IMG/VR virus record: IMGVR_UViG_3300049170_000061 | Coordinates: 1 to 29,850 of that record | DNA: 29,850 bases | Source of the DNA: a virus | Lineage: Duplodnaviria; Caudoviricetes | Direction: 5' to 3' (one strand) | In this document: in pieces, positions 7,663-16,897 of the stretch | Position numbering within the stretch: the first letter of the stretch is position 1 | Layout of the letters: every line of letters starts with the position of its first letter | Program-made: the position numbers and the translations under genes | Notes under the pieces: model-generated | Databases searched by the model: none | Told to the model about the DNA's origin: nothing | What the model saw: the letters and a program-made list of their open reading frames with translations, nothing else

Positions 7663-9567
7663 GTGGGCGTCTTCTCCGGCGTCAGGCAGGTCGTCATCGA
7701 CGCCTGGTCGTGGCTGAACTACAAGCCCTTGTACTCCGACAACCTCGGCATGCCCAACCGCCGGGCCTTCCCCGAAGCCCACGCCAGTTGGGTCCCCGCC
7801 GACGATGAGCGGCGCCTCGCCGCGTACAAGCTCCTCACCGCCTACGACAACAACCAGGCCGGCGAGCTCACTGCGATCCGCGACGGCGACGAGGCCCGCG
7901 AGCGCCGCGAGTTCGGCGACCCGGCGATGTTCGTCGACACCATCACCGCGCACGTCCTCGGTGACGAGCAGACCATCACCGTTCCCGGCGCCGAGCAGGC
8001 TGGCAGCGACCAGTCCACCCCCGAGGCCGAGGTCGCCGAGCGCGTCCAGACGCTCCTGCGGGAGTGGGCCGACGAGGAACTCCTCGCGATGCGGCTGCTG
8101 CAGACCGAGCGTCAGGCCGTCCGCCTCGGTGACGGGGTTATCCTGCTGTACTGGGACGCCGACAAGCAGCGCGTCCGCATCAAAACGTACGACCCGGGCT
8201 TCTACTTCCCCGTCATCGACGAGGACGACGGCAGCGACTTCCCCGACCGCATCCACTTCGCGTGGGAGCTCCCCGAGGACAAGGCCCGCAACCTGCCCGC
8301 CCGGTTGCGCCGCATCACCTACCATCTCGACTGGATCCGCCCCCGCACCGCCAACGGCCTCGACCGCACCGGCCGGCCGGTGCGCGCCACCGTCATGTCC
8401 GAGACAGGCGACGGCCAGGCATCCGAGCCGGTCCTCGGGCAGGGCGACACCCTCGACCCGGGCGGATCCATCACCCGCCTGTACCCGTGGTCAGAGCGGC
8501 CCTCGTACAAGACGGTCTACCTCACCGACGCCACCTGGGAACTCGGCGACCTCAAGGGCAACATCGACGTGGACTCCCTGCCCATGGACAAGGCGCACTT
8601 CGCGACCAACGAGCAGGGCGAGGTCCTCGACCACCTCGACACCTACCAGGACTTCATCTCGGTCATCCACGTCCCCAACACCGTGCCGGAACCAGGCGAG
8701 CATTGGGGGCAAAGCTCCCTGGCCAAGGTCCTCCAGGTCTTTGACGAACTGGCAGGGTCCGACACCGACTCCTCCCGGGCATCCGCCACCACCGGATCCC
8801 CGATGATCGGCATCTCCGGCAAGGCGATCAACGGCCAGACGCACTACACCGCCGGCCCCGGCCTCGTCCTCACCCTGGGAGAGGGCGGCGCCATCACCAC
8901 CGTCGACACCAGCCAGAACCTCGCCGAGCTCCGCAACCAGGTCAAGGACCTCAAGGACCGGGCCGCCACCACGGCCCGCATCCCCGCCGTAGCCCTCGGC
9001 ACCGCCGACCCCGCCCAGTTCAACTCCGGCTACCAGATGGAGATCGCCCTCGGCCCGCTGGACTCCCTGATGTCCGCGATGCGCCTGGCCAGAGACCACT
9101 TTGACCGCCTCCTCCCCAAGTTCGTCCAGCGCTTGCACCTGGCTGGCCAGCACCCCGACTGGGTCGGCCTGCCCGTCCTGCCCGCGAAGCTGACCCGCGG
9201 CTCCTACACCCCCACCGACAAGGCCGCCGTCCTCGAGGAAGTCGCCTCCGCGCGCCAGGCCAAGCTCATCTCCCTCGAGACCGCCATCCGCCGCTTGCAG
9301 GAGATCGGCTGGCCCATCGAGGACGCCGAAGACGAGATCAGGCGGATCGACGCCCGCTCCTTCGAAGACGCCCGCGCCCTCGCGGACGCCCTCGGCAACG
9401 TCGACGAGGTCGCCAGCTTCCTCGGCCGACAAGCCCCCGAAGCACCCGACACCCCCGCGGTCGTCCTGCCCGCCGACGGCACCGAAGACGACACGGACGA
9501 CGACACCACACCGCCTGCAACCGGCGCGAGGCGAGGGGCGCAGGGGAGCGGGGGGAACACCGGATGA
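7663..9567 (+). CDS. Portal protein
   Basis: 634 aa directly after TerL; RLGDGVILLYWD, IHVPN...HWGQSSL and ISLETAIRRL patterns typical of portals. Confidence 0.8.
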   Translation: MGVFSGVRQVVIDAWSWLNYKPLYSDNLGMPNRRAFPEAHASWVPADDERRLAAYKLLTAYDNNQAGELTAIRDGDEARERREFGDPAMFVDTITAHVLGDEQTITVPGAEQAGSDQSTPEAEVAERVQTLLREWADEELLAMRLLQTERQAVRLGDGVILLYWDADKQRVRIKTYDPGFYFPVIDEDDGSDFPDRIHFAWELPEDKARNLPARLRRITYHLDWIRPRTANGLDRTGRPVRATVMSETGDGQASEPVLGQGDTLDPGGSITRLYPWSERPSYKTVYLTDATWELGDLKGNIDVDSLPMDKAHFATNEQGEVLDHLDTYQDFISVIHVPNTVPEPGEHWGQSSLAKVLQVFDELAGSDTDSSRASATTGSPMIGISGKAINGQTHYTAGPGLVLTLGEGGAITTVDTSQNLAELRNQVKDLKDRAATTARIPAVALGTADPAQFNSGYQMEIALGPLDSLMSAMRLARDHFDRLLPKFVQRLHLAGQHPDWVGLPVLPAKLTRGSYTPTDKAAVLEEVASARQAKLISLETAIRRLQEIGWPIEDAEDEIRRIDARSFEDARALADALGNVDEVASFLGRQAPEAPDTPAVVLPADGTEDDTDDDTTPPATGARRGAQGSGGNTG

Positions 9568-9602
9568 AAAATGTGCTGTCCTTGATCTCAGGCGCGGGGC
9601 CT
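9551..9602 (+). promoter_or_regulatory. Repeated promoter-like motif, copy 3 (overlaps the portal stop, upstream of scaffold)
   Basis: GGGGGAAC-N18-TGTCCT-N7-AGGCGCGGGGCCT. Confidence 0.65.
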
Positions 9603-9632
9603 GGAAGAACGAGTCTGGGAGGACTTGTACCG

Positions 9633-10451
9633 ATGCGTCGCCCCGCGCACCACCACCACACCACCCACGCCGCCCCCGGCTGGGTTCACCCCTACACCGG
9701 CCTGCCCGGCATCGGCGTCTTCTACAACGACGGCGCCACCGGCGACGGCGGGGGACAGCCCACCACGCCCCCGGCACCCTCCCCGGCCGACCTCGCCAAC
9801 CGCCCCCCGCAGCCTCCCGCGCCTCAGCCGCTCCTGGACAAGGAGACCGGCCTGCCCATGACCCAAACCCGCTTCGCGAAGATCATGACGCGGGAGAACG
9901 ACAAGGGCCGCATGAAGGTCCTCAAGGAACTCTGCGAAGCCGCCGGCGTCCCCTTCCAGCACGAGGACACCGACGTCACCCGCCTCACCGAAGTCCTCAA
10001 GGCCGCGGAAACCTCCCGCCAGGCCCAGCTCAGCGAAGAGCAGCGCCTGCGGGAAGAACTCGCCGCCCGCGAGGAAGCCCTCGCCGCCCGCGAGCAGGCC
10101 GCCGCCGAGCGCGAGGCCGAGGCCGCACGCCGTGACCGCGACACCCGCATCCGGTCCGCGCTCGTCAGCCTCGGAGCCACCGGCGACGACCTCGACGACG
10201 CCACCGCGCTGCTCCGCGTCCCCGACGACGCCACCGACGAACAGATCACCCAGGCCGCCGAAGCGCTCAAGGAGCGCCGCGGCGTCCTCTTCGGCGGCCA
10301 GCCCGCCCCCCAGACTCTCCCCCCGGCGCCGTCCGGCGGCCCGGCCGGTGGCAACCAGCCGCGTCAGCCCTCCAGCAGCAAGGACGCGGTCAAGGAAGCC
10401 GCCCGCAGGATGGCCATCGAACGGGGCCTGCGCACCGACGACGCAGCCTGA
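9633..10451 (+). CDS. Capsid scaffolding protein
   Basis: SD GGAGG at about 9618-9622 before ATG 9633; Pro-rich N-terminus, central Glu/Ala/Arg coiled coil, Pro/Gly tail; sits before the capsid genes. Confidence 0.75.
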   Translation: MRRPAHHHHTTHAAPGWVHPYTGLPGIGVFYNDGATGDGGGQPTTPPAPSPADLANRPPQPPAPQPLLDKETGLPMTQTRFAKIMTRENDKGRMKVLKELCEAAGVPFQHEDTDVTRLTEVLKAAETSRQAQLSEEQRLREELAAREEALAAREQAAAEREAEAARRDRDTRIRSALVSLGATGDDLDDATALLRVPDDATDEQITQAAEALKERRGVLFGGQPAPQTLPPAPSGGPAGGNQPRQPSSSKDAVKEAARRMAIERGLRTDDAA

Positions 10452-10470
10452 CCCAGACCAGCAACAGCCA

Positions 10471-10515
10471 AGGGACCACGCCCTGACCCCACGTGGACGG
10501 CACCAGGCAGGTGCC
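10471..10515 (+). ncRNA. Putative cis-regulatory RNA (H-type pseudoknot plus hairpin), copy A, 5' of the decoration and capsid genes
   Basis: AGGG-A-CCACG-CCCT-GACCCCA-CGTGG-AC-GGCACC-AGGCA-GGTGCC; covaries with the copy at 16898-16942. Confidence 0.7.
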
Positions 10516-10552
10516 CCCACCACTCCGCGTACATCGCGAAAGGGGCTACGGC

Positions 10553-11287
10553 GTGGACATCCAGCCGTACACCAGCAACGAGACGCTCGCTGTCGGCCGC
10601 CCGTGGCTCATGAGCACCCTCGGTATCAAGGCCAACGAAACGGTCACCCTCGACCTCACCCAGTTCGACGAGAACCTCCACTGGACGGAGGCCTCCAAGT
10701 ACCAGCCGGAGCGGAAGCTGAAGTCCGGCATCCCCCTCGGTGAACTGACCGCGTCCGGCCTGTTCGTGCCGTACAACGCCGTCAGCAATGAGGTGCAGAC
10801 GCTCACCGTCACCGGCGGACCGACCGGCGGCACCTTCACCATCACCTTCTCCGGGCAGACCACCGCCGCGATCGCCTACAACGCGACCGCCGCGCAGGTC
10901 CAGGCCGCCCTCGAGGCGCTGTCGAACATCAACCCCGGCGACGTCGTCGTGACCGGCAACGCCGGCGGACCGTGGACCCTGACGTGGGGCGGCCAGTACC
11001 TCGGCGAGAACGTCGCCCAGCCGACCACCACCGAGGCCTTCACCGGCGGCACCACCCCGGACATCACCATCGCCACCACCACGGCCGGCGGCTCCGCCGC
11101 CACCGCCGACGGAGCGGACGTGTTCAAGGGCTTCCTCTTCACCGAGGTGTCCTTCTACCCCGGCGCCACCAAGGTCGCCGCGCCGCTCATGGTCCACGGC
11201 CAGATCGACCCGTCCAAGCTGCCGGTCGCGTTCGACCCGACCGACGTGCCCGCCGGGTCCAACACCCAGTTCGTCTACAAGGTCTGA
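10553..11287 (+). CDS. Head decoration protein (lambda D-like) with an inserted beta-rich domain
   Basis: SD AAGGGG before GTG 10553; LKSGIPLG...GLFVPY and GFLF...APLMVHGQID..KLP motifs; lies between scaffold and major capsid. Confidence 0.75.
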   Translation: MDIQPYTSNETLAVGRPWLMSTLGIKANETVTLDLTQFDENLHWTEASKYQPERKLKSGIPLGELTASGLFVPYNAVSNEVQTLTVTGGPTGGTFTITFSGQTTAAIAYNATAAQVQAALEALSNINPGDVVVTGNAGGPWTLTWGGQYLGENVAQPTTTEAFTGGTTPDITIATTTAGGSAATADGADVFKGFLFTEVSFYPGATKVAAPLMVHGQIDPSKLPVAFDPTDVPAGSNTQFVYKV

Positions 11288-11300
11288 GAGGGGCCCACCC

Positions 11301-12365
11301 ATGGCTAACGACATGCTTGAGGTCCTCCTCAGGGACATCAACCCCACGGTCATCAACGCGTTCGTCCGGGAGATCCAGACCCCGGCCGACTACCTCCTGA
11401 CCCAGTCCGTGATCCCGGAGCGGACCGTCAACTCGGTCAAGTACCAGATCCGCGGCGGCGGCCGCCGGGTCGCCGCGGCGACCTACCGCGCGTGGGACGC
11501 CCAGACCCGGGTCGCCACCCGCGAGATCAACCGCTGGGTGACCGAGGGCAAGCTCCTGCCGCTGGGCCAGAAGTACATCGTGGGCGAGCTGGAGACCATC
11601 CTCGAGAACGTGCAGCGCGGCATGGACGGCCGCGACCTCGTCGATTCCCTGTACGACGACGTGGCCGCGCACGTGCTGTCCATCAAGCACCGCATGGAAC
11701 TCGCCGCCGGGGACCTCCTCGTCGACGGCAAGTTCACCCTCACCAACGAAAACAGGCTCACCATCGAGGCCGACCACAAGGTGCCGGCCGCGAACATGCC
11801 GTCGGCGCCGGTCGACTGGTCCGACCCGACCGCGGACATCCTCGCCGACGAGCTGCGGTGGATCGAAGTGCTGCGGGCCTCCGGCGCCCCCAGCCCCACC
11901 CGCGCCCTGACGTCGTACAAGACGTGGGCGTACATGCTCGGCAACGACTCCTACCGGGCCGCCTACTACGGGTCGGTGAACTCCGCCTCGACGATCCCCA
12001 CCGCAGTCCTGGCCCGCAACGAGGTCAACGTCGTCCGCGACCGCTACGGCCTGCCCCCGATCACCACGTACGACGTGAAGATCCCCATGCCGGACGGCAC
12101 CGACCAGCGCGTCCTGCCGGAGAACATGTTCTTCCTGCTGCCGCCCGACGCACGGCAGATGGCGGAGACCCAGTACGGGCTCACCGCCGAAGGCATCGTG
12201 CTGTCCTCCGGCGCCAACCCGTCCATCGAGCGGGAAGAGGCACCGGGCATCATCGTGACCTCCGGTTACGACGACGACCCGGTCGCGGTGTGGACCAAGG
12301 GCAACGCGGCCGCACTGCCGGTCATGTACACCCCGGACATCCACATCGCTGCGACGGTGTGGTGA
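11301..12365 (+). CDS. Major capsid protein (lambda E-like, HK97 fold)
   Basis: 354 aa; AATYRAWDAQT, KLLPLGQK, RMELAAGDLL..GK, WSDPTADILADE and DDPVAVWTKG.AAALPV motifs; expected position. Confidence 0.9.
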   Translation: MANDMLEVLLRDINPTVINAFVREIQTPADYLLTQSVIPERTVNSVKYQIRGGGRRVAAATYRAWDAQTRVATREINRWVTEGKLLPLGQKYIVGELETILENVQRGMDGRDLVDSLYDDVAAHVLSIKHRMELAAGDLLVDGKFTLTNENRLTIEADHKVPAANMPSAPVDWSDPTADILADELRWIEVLRASGAPSPTRALTSYKTWAYMLGNDSYRAAYYGSVNSASTIPTAVLARNEVNVVRDRYGLPPITTYDVKIPMPDGTDQRVLPENMFFLLPPDARQMAETQYGLTAEGIVLSSGANPSIEREEAPGIIVTSGYDDDPVAVWTKGNAAALPVMYTPDIHIAATVW

Positions 12366-12368
12366 GCC

Positions 12369-12770
12369 ATGGGAGCCCAACTGCGCGCCACGGTGTACGT
12401 GACGGATCCGGAGACCCACCAGACAGTCAGGCTGGAGCCGGGCACCTGCCCGGAGCCGCGTCTGGCCGCCCTGGTGACCAGCCGGGCCGCCTGGGTCGAC
12501 GGGAAGCTGCCCCGCCTGCCGAAAAAGCAGGATCAGGGCGACGGTCAGGGCCCTACCGGCGACGGCCAGGACGGCGCCTCTGGCGCCGCCTCCGCCGACG
12601 ACGGTGACCAGACCAAGACCGAGGACAGCGGCGAACCAGCACAGGCCGCGAAAGCCGACGACTCGAGCACGGCCGCACCCGCGGCCAAGAAGACCGCCGC
12701 GCGTAAGACCGCGGCGACCGGCCGGTCTCGGGGCCGGGACGCCGCTGGCGAGGGCAGCAGCGGCGAGTAG
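12369..12770 (+). CDS. Small protein after the capsid gene, with a low-complexity Ala/Lys tail
   Basis: Coupled to the capsid stop; short folded N-terminus followed by a disordered tail (AAKKTAARKTAA). Confidence 0.75.
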   Translation: MGAQLRATVYVTDPETHQTVRLEPGTCPEPRLAALVTSRAAWVDGKLPRLPKKQDQGDGQGPTGDGQDGASGAASADDGDQTKTEDSGEPAQAAKADDSSTAAPAAKKTAARKTAATGRSRGRDAAGEGSSGE

Positions 12771-12771
12771 C

Positions 12772-12824
12772 AGGGTGCGGGCCCGCCCCAGTGGTGGGGG
12801 CGCCAACCGGCGGGCCCGCACTCT
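12772..12824 (+). terminator. Long stem-loop closing the capsid unit (terminator, or processing/stability element)
   Basis: AGGGTGCGGGCCCGCC (12772-12787) pairs with GGCGGGCCCGCACTCT (12809-12824), 16 bp with one G-U. Confidence 0.7.
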
Positions 12825-12866
12825 CGCATCCCCTTCCCCGCCCACGCCCCGGAGAGGACCGCAGCC

Positions 12867-13208
12867 ATGGCCATGGACACCGCCGTACGAGCCTGGCTCC
12901 TCGCCCAGCTCGGCACCACCACACCCGTCGCCGACCTGGAAACCCGCTACACCCGCCTCAGCACCGCACGCGCCGTCGCCCTCGAGGTGCTCTACGAACG
13001 CAAGGCCGCCCTCCTCCAGCAGCCCGCCAGCGTCAACGTCTCCACCGTCGTCGCCGTCACCTTCACCGAAAACATCAAGGCGCTGGAACGGCAGATCGCT
13101 CTCCTCGAGGCCGGCCAGCCCCCCGCCCCGGACGACCCGGCCGGGAGCGCCGGCACCGGTGACAGCATCATCGGCGTCGCCCGGCTCATCGAACGGCCCC
13201 GGCGATGA
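12867..13208 (+). CDS. Head-tail adaptor / head completion protein (putative)
   Basis: SD GGAGAGGA at 12851-12858; 113 aa, helical, first gene after the capsid unit. Confidence 0.6.
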   Translation: MAMDTAVRAWLLAQLGTTTPVADLETRYTRLSTARAVALEVLYERKAALLQQPASVNVSTVVAVTFTENIKALERQIALLEAGQPPAPDDPAGSAGTGDSIIGVARLIERPRR

Positions 13209-14047
13209 CGACCTGGGTCCGCCGCGGCCGCACCCTGCGCCAGCGCCTCCTGGGATACATCACCGACGCCGTCGCCCGGCTCCGCGCCGCCTGGAACCTC
13301 CTCACCGTCGCCCAGACCCGGCTGCTGAACGCGCTCGCCAGCATCCGGCCCGGCTACACCGCGGGCACCGGCGCGCGCCTGCGCGCCGCCGTCGCCATCT
13401 TCAACACCAGCCTCGCCGCGTTCGCCAGGGCCGCCATGGCCTTCGCGGAACGCTGGGCCTCCGCCGACCTGCCCCTGATCTACCGCGAAGGCGCCTGGAC
13501 GCTGCTCGACCACGCCGACCGCCGCCAGTCGACCTTCACATGGACGCCCCGCCACCAGGCCGCGATCACCGCCCTGTCCGCGCAGTACTACGGCGACCTC
13601 ACCAACCGGATCAACGAAGCCCTGCGCCGCGCCCGCGCCTTCCTCCGCGCCGCGCAGGACGCCGCCCGAGACACCACCCGCGGCGCCTTCAACATCGCCG
13701 CCCTGCGCCAGGACCACCCCCTCGACACCATCGTCTACGCGGGCAACGCCCGGCACCCCGTCGACGCGTGGGCCCGCGCCGCCATCACCTGGCAGGCCAT
13801 CACCGCCGCCAACACCGCCTCCGCCCGCACAGCCCTCGACGAACTCGGCACCGAGTGGCTGGAGGTCCGCGACGGCGCCGACTGCGGATGGGCCTCCCAC
13901 GACGACCCGGACCGCGCCAACCGCACCCTGCGCACCGTCCAGGACGCCCTCGCCCACCCAGCAGCACACCCGCACTGCCAAAGAGAGTTCCTGCCCCGCC
14001 TCGACCTCATCGGCCGCACCACCATCCGCTCCGGAGCCCCCCTGTGA
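13205..14047 (+). CDS. MuF-like / minor capsid (head morphogenesis) protein
   Basis: ATGA coupling; C-terminal DGADCGW...AHPHCQREFLP matches the HPxCR-type motif. Confidence 0.7.
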   Translation: MTTWVRRGRTLRQRLLGYITDAVARLRAAWNLLTVAQTRLLNALASIRPGYTAGTGARLRAAVAIFNTSLAAFARAAMAFAERWASADLPLIYREGAWTLLDHADRRQSTFTWTPRHQAAITALSAQYYGDLTNRINEALRRARAFLRAAQDAARDTTRGAFNIAALRQDHPLDTIVYAGNARHPVDAWARAAITWQAITAANTASARTALDELGTEWLEVRDGADCGWASHDDPDRANRTLRTVQDALAHPAAHPHCQREFLPRLDLIGRTTIRSGAPL

Positions 14048-14499
14048 CCGACGCCCCCATCGCCCTCACCGTTCACAACGGCCACTCCGCCATCCCCGAA
14101 GAACAGCAGCGCCTGATCGGGCAATGGCTCGCCGCCAACCGCATCAACCCCGACCAGGTGTCCGCCGGCCACCCCATCACCGTACTCACCGTGCCGCATC
14201 AGCCGCCCACCTACGACGGCACACAGTGGCTGTTGCAGATCATCGTCTTCCACCAGTTCTACGTGGGACCCGACGGAGCACGCGAGATCGACTTCCTCAC
14301 CCGCCAACCGGTCTGCTTCCAGCGCACCGTGCCGCTCACCGTCGCCTACCCGACCCCGTCGGCAGCCGAGGAGACTCCCGCCGACGCCACCGGCGCGCAG
14401 CCGACAGGCGAGCCCGAGGGGCAGGAGCCGCCCGGCGAGCAGGAACCGCAACCCGCAGCCACAGATCAGCCCGACCAGGAGACGGCAGGCACGCCATGA
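14044..14499 (+). CDS. Hypothetical phage protein
   Basis: GTGA overlap with the previous stop; 3' part of the 12604-14499 ORF (VTDAPIALTVH...); high GC3. Confidence 0.7.
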   Translation: MTDAPIALTVHNGHSAIPEEQQRLIGQWLAANRINPDQVSAGHPITVLTVPHQPPTYDGTQWLLQIIVFHQFYVGPDGAREIDFLTRQPVCFQRTVPLTVAYPTPSAAEETPADATGAQPTGEPEGQEPPGEQEPQPAATDQPDQETAGTP

Positions 14500-14729
14500 C
14501 CGAACAGAACATCGGTCCGATTCTGGACGGCCTAGGCACCACCATCGTGCTGGAGAGCGGTGACCTAGTCGCATCCGCCCTCGTCATCGCCAAGGTGGTC
14601 GACGCAAATGGTGAAGTCTCACTGGCGCTTGCAGTGAGCGGAGGACTGTCGTGGATTGACCAGAACGGGCTGATTGCGTCGGCACAGCAGATTGTGAATC
14701 AGGCAGACATCGGCAGGAGCGACGGGTGA
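14496..14729 (+). CDS. Small hypothetical protein (77 aa), atypical codon usage
   Basis: ATGA coupling with SD AGGAG upstream; MTEQNIGPILDGLG...LSWIDQNGLI. Confidence 0.7.
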   Translation: MTEQNIGPILDGLGTTIVLESGDLVASALVIAKVVDANGEVSLALAVSGGLSWIDQNGLIASAQQIVNQADIGRSDG

Positions 14730-15178
14730 TGGCCGGTCCTTCCTGCACATTCCGCGTCTCGACACGCTTCTCAGGTCGAAAGCGCAGGGTGACTGTCATG
14801 GTGTACGACGAACTGGAGGCGATGCGCAGCGCGGCCACCAGATACGCCCAGCGAACGGGCACCAGCGAACCAGGGGCCTTCGGCGACGCGCACGGCGTGA
14901 CTCACACCTTCCAGACGCTAATCGTTGATCCGGGCGGCGGTGTAGCCGCTGAATCAGAAGCCGTAGCGCTTATCCGCCTATGGCGTCAGCGGCTTGGCAC
15001 CGGCGTAGTGACCCACGAGGTAGCACACGCAGCTACTGCCATCTATGAGCAGGACTGCCTTCCTAGCAAGGGATCCATCCACGACAACATCAGCAACGAA
15101 GAGACCTTCTGCTACCTCGTGGGCGACCTCGCCAGCCGCATCGTCAGTCGGCTCTATTTTTACGGGATGTACCAATGA
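14729..15178 (+). CDS. Putative HExxH zinc metallopeptidase-like protein
   Basis: TGATG coupling (alternative GTG 14726); VVTHEVAHA plus a downstream NEETFCYLVG as candidate third ligand. Confidence 0.65.
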   Translation: MAGPSCTFRVSTRFSGRKRRVTVMVYDELEAMRSAATRYAQRTGTSEPGAFGDAHGVTHTFQTLIVDPGGGVAAESEAVALIRLWRQRLGTGVVTHEVAHAATAIYEQDCLPSKGSIHDNISNEETFCYLVGDLASRIVSRLYFYGMYQ

Positions 15179-15576
15179 CACAGCGCCCCGACTTGCCTGC
15201 CGGCCTGCAGGCCCACGGCGTACGCATCGACGCCCAACCCGGCCACGCCACCATCACCCTCGACGGCACCCCCCTCCCGTCCGGGCAGGTCACCGGCTAC
15301 ACCCTCCACCACGACATCCAACGCGAACTGCCCACCCTCGTCGTGCACACCCGCCAGCCCGCCGGCGCCGCCTTCGAGGGCCTGGCCCGCGTCGCCGTCG
15401 GCATCACCAAAAGCCCCGGGGAGGTCGTCGCCGCCTTCCTGGCCGAGGTCGACCCGGCCCTGCTCGACCAGGAAGCACTGAACCGGTCCGACTACGGCGG
15501 CGGCCCGGGCGCGACCGCGCGCGCGATGCTGGCCACCCTCACCGAGTGGGCCCTGGGCACGGCAGGGGGCGACTGA
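15175..15576 (+). CDS. Hypothetical phage protein
   Basis: ATGA coupling, high GC3, coupled to the next gene. Confidence 0.75.
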   Translation: MTQRPDLPAGLQAHGVRIDAQPGHATITLDGTPLPSGQVTGYTLHHDIQRELPTLVVHTRQPAGAAFEGLARVAVGITKSPGEVVAAFLAEVDPALLDQEALNRSDYGGGPGATARAMLATLTEWALGTAGGD

Positions 15577-16019
15577 TGGGCCTGGACCTGACCGGCATCG
15601 CCCGGATCGTCGAAGACCAGATCATCCCCTGGGACACCGTCCGCATCAGCCGACCCAGCACCGGACGGCCCGTGTTCGACCCGGTCAGCGGCCAGTACTC
15701 CAGCCCGGTCGCGGAGACCGTGTACGAGGGGCGCGGGGCTGTGCAGCCCGCCGGTACGGCCGCCGAAGTGGTGGCGGTTCCCAGCGCGGTCCAGGCGTGG
15801 GTGCCGGAGACCCGCTCCAAATACCGGTTGCTCACCCCGCTTTCCGCGCCGGTCGCCGAGAAGGACATGCTGATCTCCGTCATCGCCGTCCACCCGGGCG
15901 GGGACCTGGCGCTGCTCGGCCGCCAGTGGCGGGTCCAGGACCCCAGTGGTGCCGCCACCTTGTCCGTGCTCCGCGTCACCGCCATCGACCAGGTCCAGCA
16001 GACCCGCCAGGCCCCGTGA
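15576..16019 (+). CDS. Head-to-tail stopper (DUF6093-like)
   Basis: TGATG coupling; DTVRISRP...FDPVSGQY...TVYEGRGAVQ pattern; expected position. Confidence 0.7.
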   Translation: MGLDLTGIARIVEDQIIPWDTVRISRPSTGRPVFDPVSGQYSSPVAETVYEGRGAVQPAGTAAEVVAVPSAVQAWVPETRSKYRLLTPLSAPVAEKDMLISVIAVHPGGDLALLGRQWRVQDPSGAATLSVLRVTAIDQVQQTRQAP

Positions 16020-16411
16020 TGGACCTCGACGACCTCGCCCCACGCCTGGACCGCGCCGCGTCCCGGGTCGGCCCGGAAATCAACCGGACGGTGCAGCAGC
16101 AGGCCCGCCTGGCCCTCGCGATGATCAAATTCAATGCGAGCGGCCGCCCTGGACCGAACATCATCACCGGCGACTACTTCGACTCCTGGGAGAGCGTCCC
16201 CTTCCCGGTCCCGGACGGCGGCGGAGCCGACATCCACACCGACCAGCCGCAGGGCCGGCGCCTGGAGTTCGGGTTCATGGACCGCTACGACAGCCTCGGC
16301 CGCTACTACCGGCAGCCGCCGTTCCCGCACGTCGAACCCGCCGTGACCGAGCTGTCCGCCGACATCGAGCAGGCGTTCCGCAACGCCCTGGACCGCATCT
16401 TCGGGAGCTGA
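16019..16411 (+). CDS. HK97 gp10-like neck/tail component
   Basis: TGATG coupling; TGDYFDSW, RRLEFGF and QPPFPHVEPA motifs. Confidence 0.75.
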   Translation: MDLDDLAPRLDRAASRVGPEINRTVQQQARLALAMIKFNASGRPGPNIITGDYFDSWESVPFPVPDGGGADIHTDQPQGRRLEFGFMDRYDSLGRYYRQPPFPHVEPAVTELSADIEQAFRNALDRIFGS

Positions 16412-16412
16412 C

Positions 16413-16880
16413 GTGATCGACCGACTGCCCGCCACCGAAGGCCTCCAGACCCTCCTGGCCACACTCACCGGCCGCCCGGTCGGCCGGCGCACCATCCCCC
16501 TGGACGACCAGGGCAACCCCGTGCCGCCGCCGTACACGATCCTCGACCCGCTCGACCGGCTCGACGACACCGCTACCCTCGCCGACAACGGCAAGGCCAC
16601 CGTCCTCAACTACCAGGCCACCTTCGTATCCGGACCCGTCCCCGGCGTCCCGGACAGCCGCGGCGGCGACGAACAAGCACAGTGGATGGCCGACAAGGCC
16701 TGGCGGGTCGTGGAACGGCCCGCGGACGGCAGCCCCGGCTACGCCCACCCCCTCAACGTCGGCCCGGGCGTGGCCTGCTGGAAACGGGAGGCCAGGGAAG
16801 CGGGGGGAACGTCCGACCCGAACGATGCAATCATCACCAGTGTGATCAGGTACCGGCTGTACCTGGAGAAGACCGCCTGA
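16413..16880 (+). CDS. Tail terminator / tail completion protein (putative)
   Basis: PPYTILDP and YQAT.V motifs; last gene before the major tail gene. Confidence 0.65.
   Translation: MIDRLPATEGLQTLLATLTGRPVGRRTIPLDDQGNPVPPPYTILDPLDRLDDTATLADNGKATVLNYQATFVSGPVPGVPDSRGGDEQAQWMADKAWRVVERPADGSPGYAHPLNVGPGVACWKREAREAGGTSDPNDAIITSVIRYRLYLEKTA
16803..16834 (+). promoter_or_regulatory. Repeated promoter-like motif, copy 4, embedded in the tail-terminator CDS upstream of the major tail gene
   Basis: GGGGGAAC-N18-AATCAT (compare GC-GATCAT-C in copy 1 with GC-AATCAT-C here); lacks the downstream AGGCGCGGGGCCT. Confidence 0.55.
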
Positions 16881-16897
16881 GGGCGGCACGGAACGAA

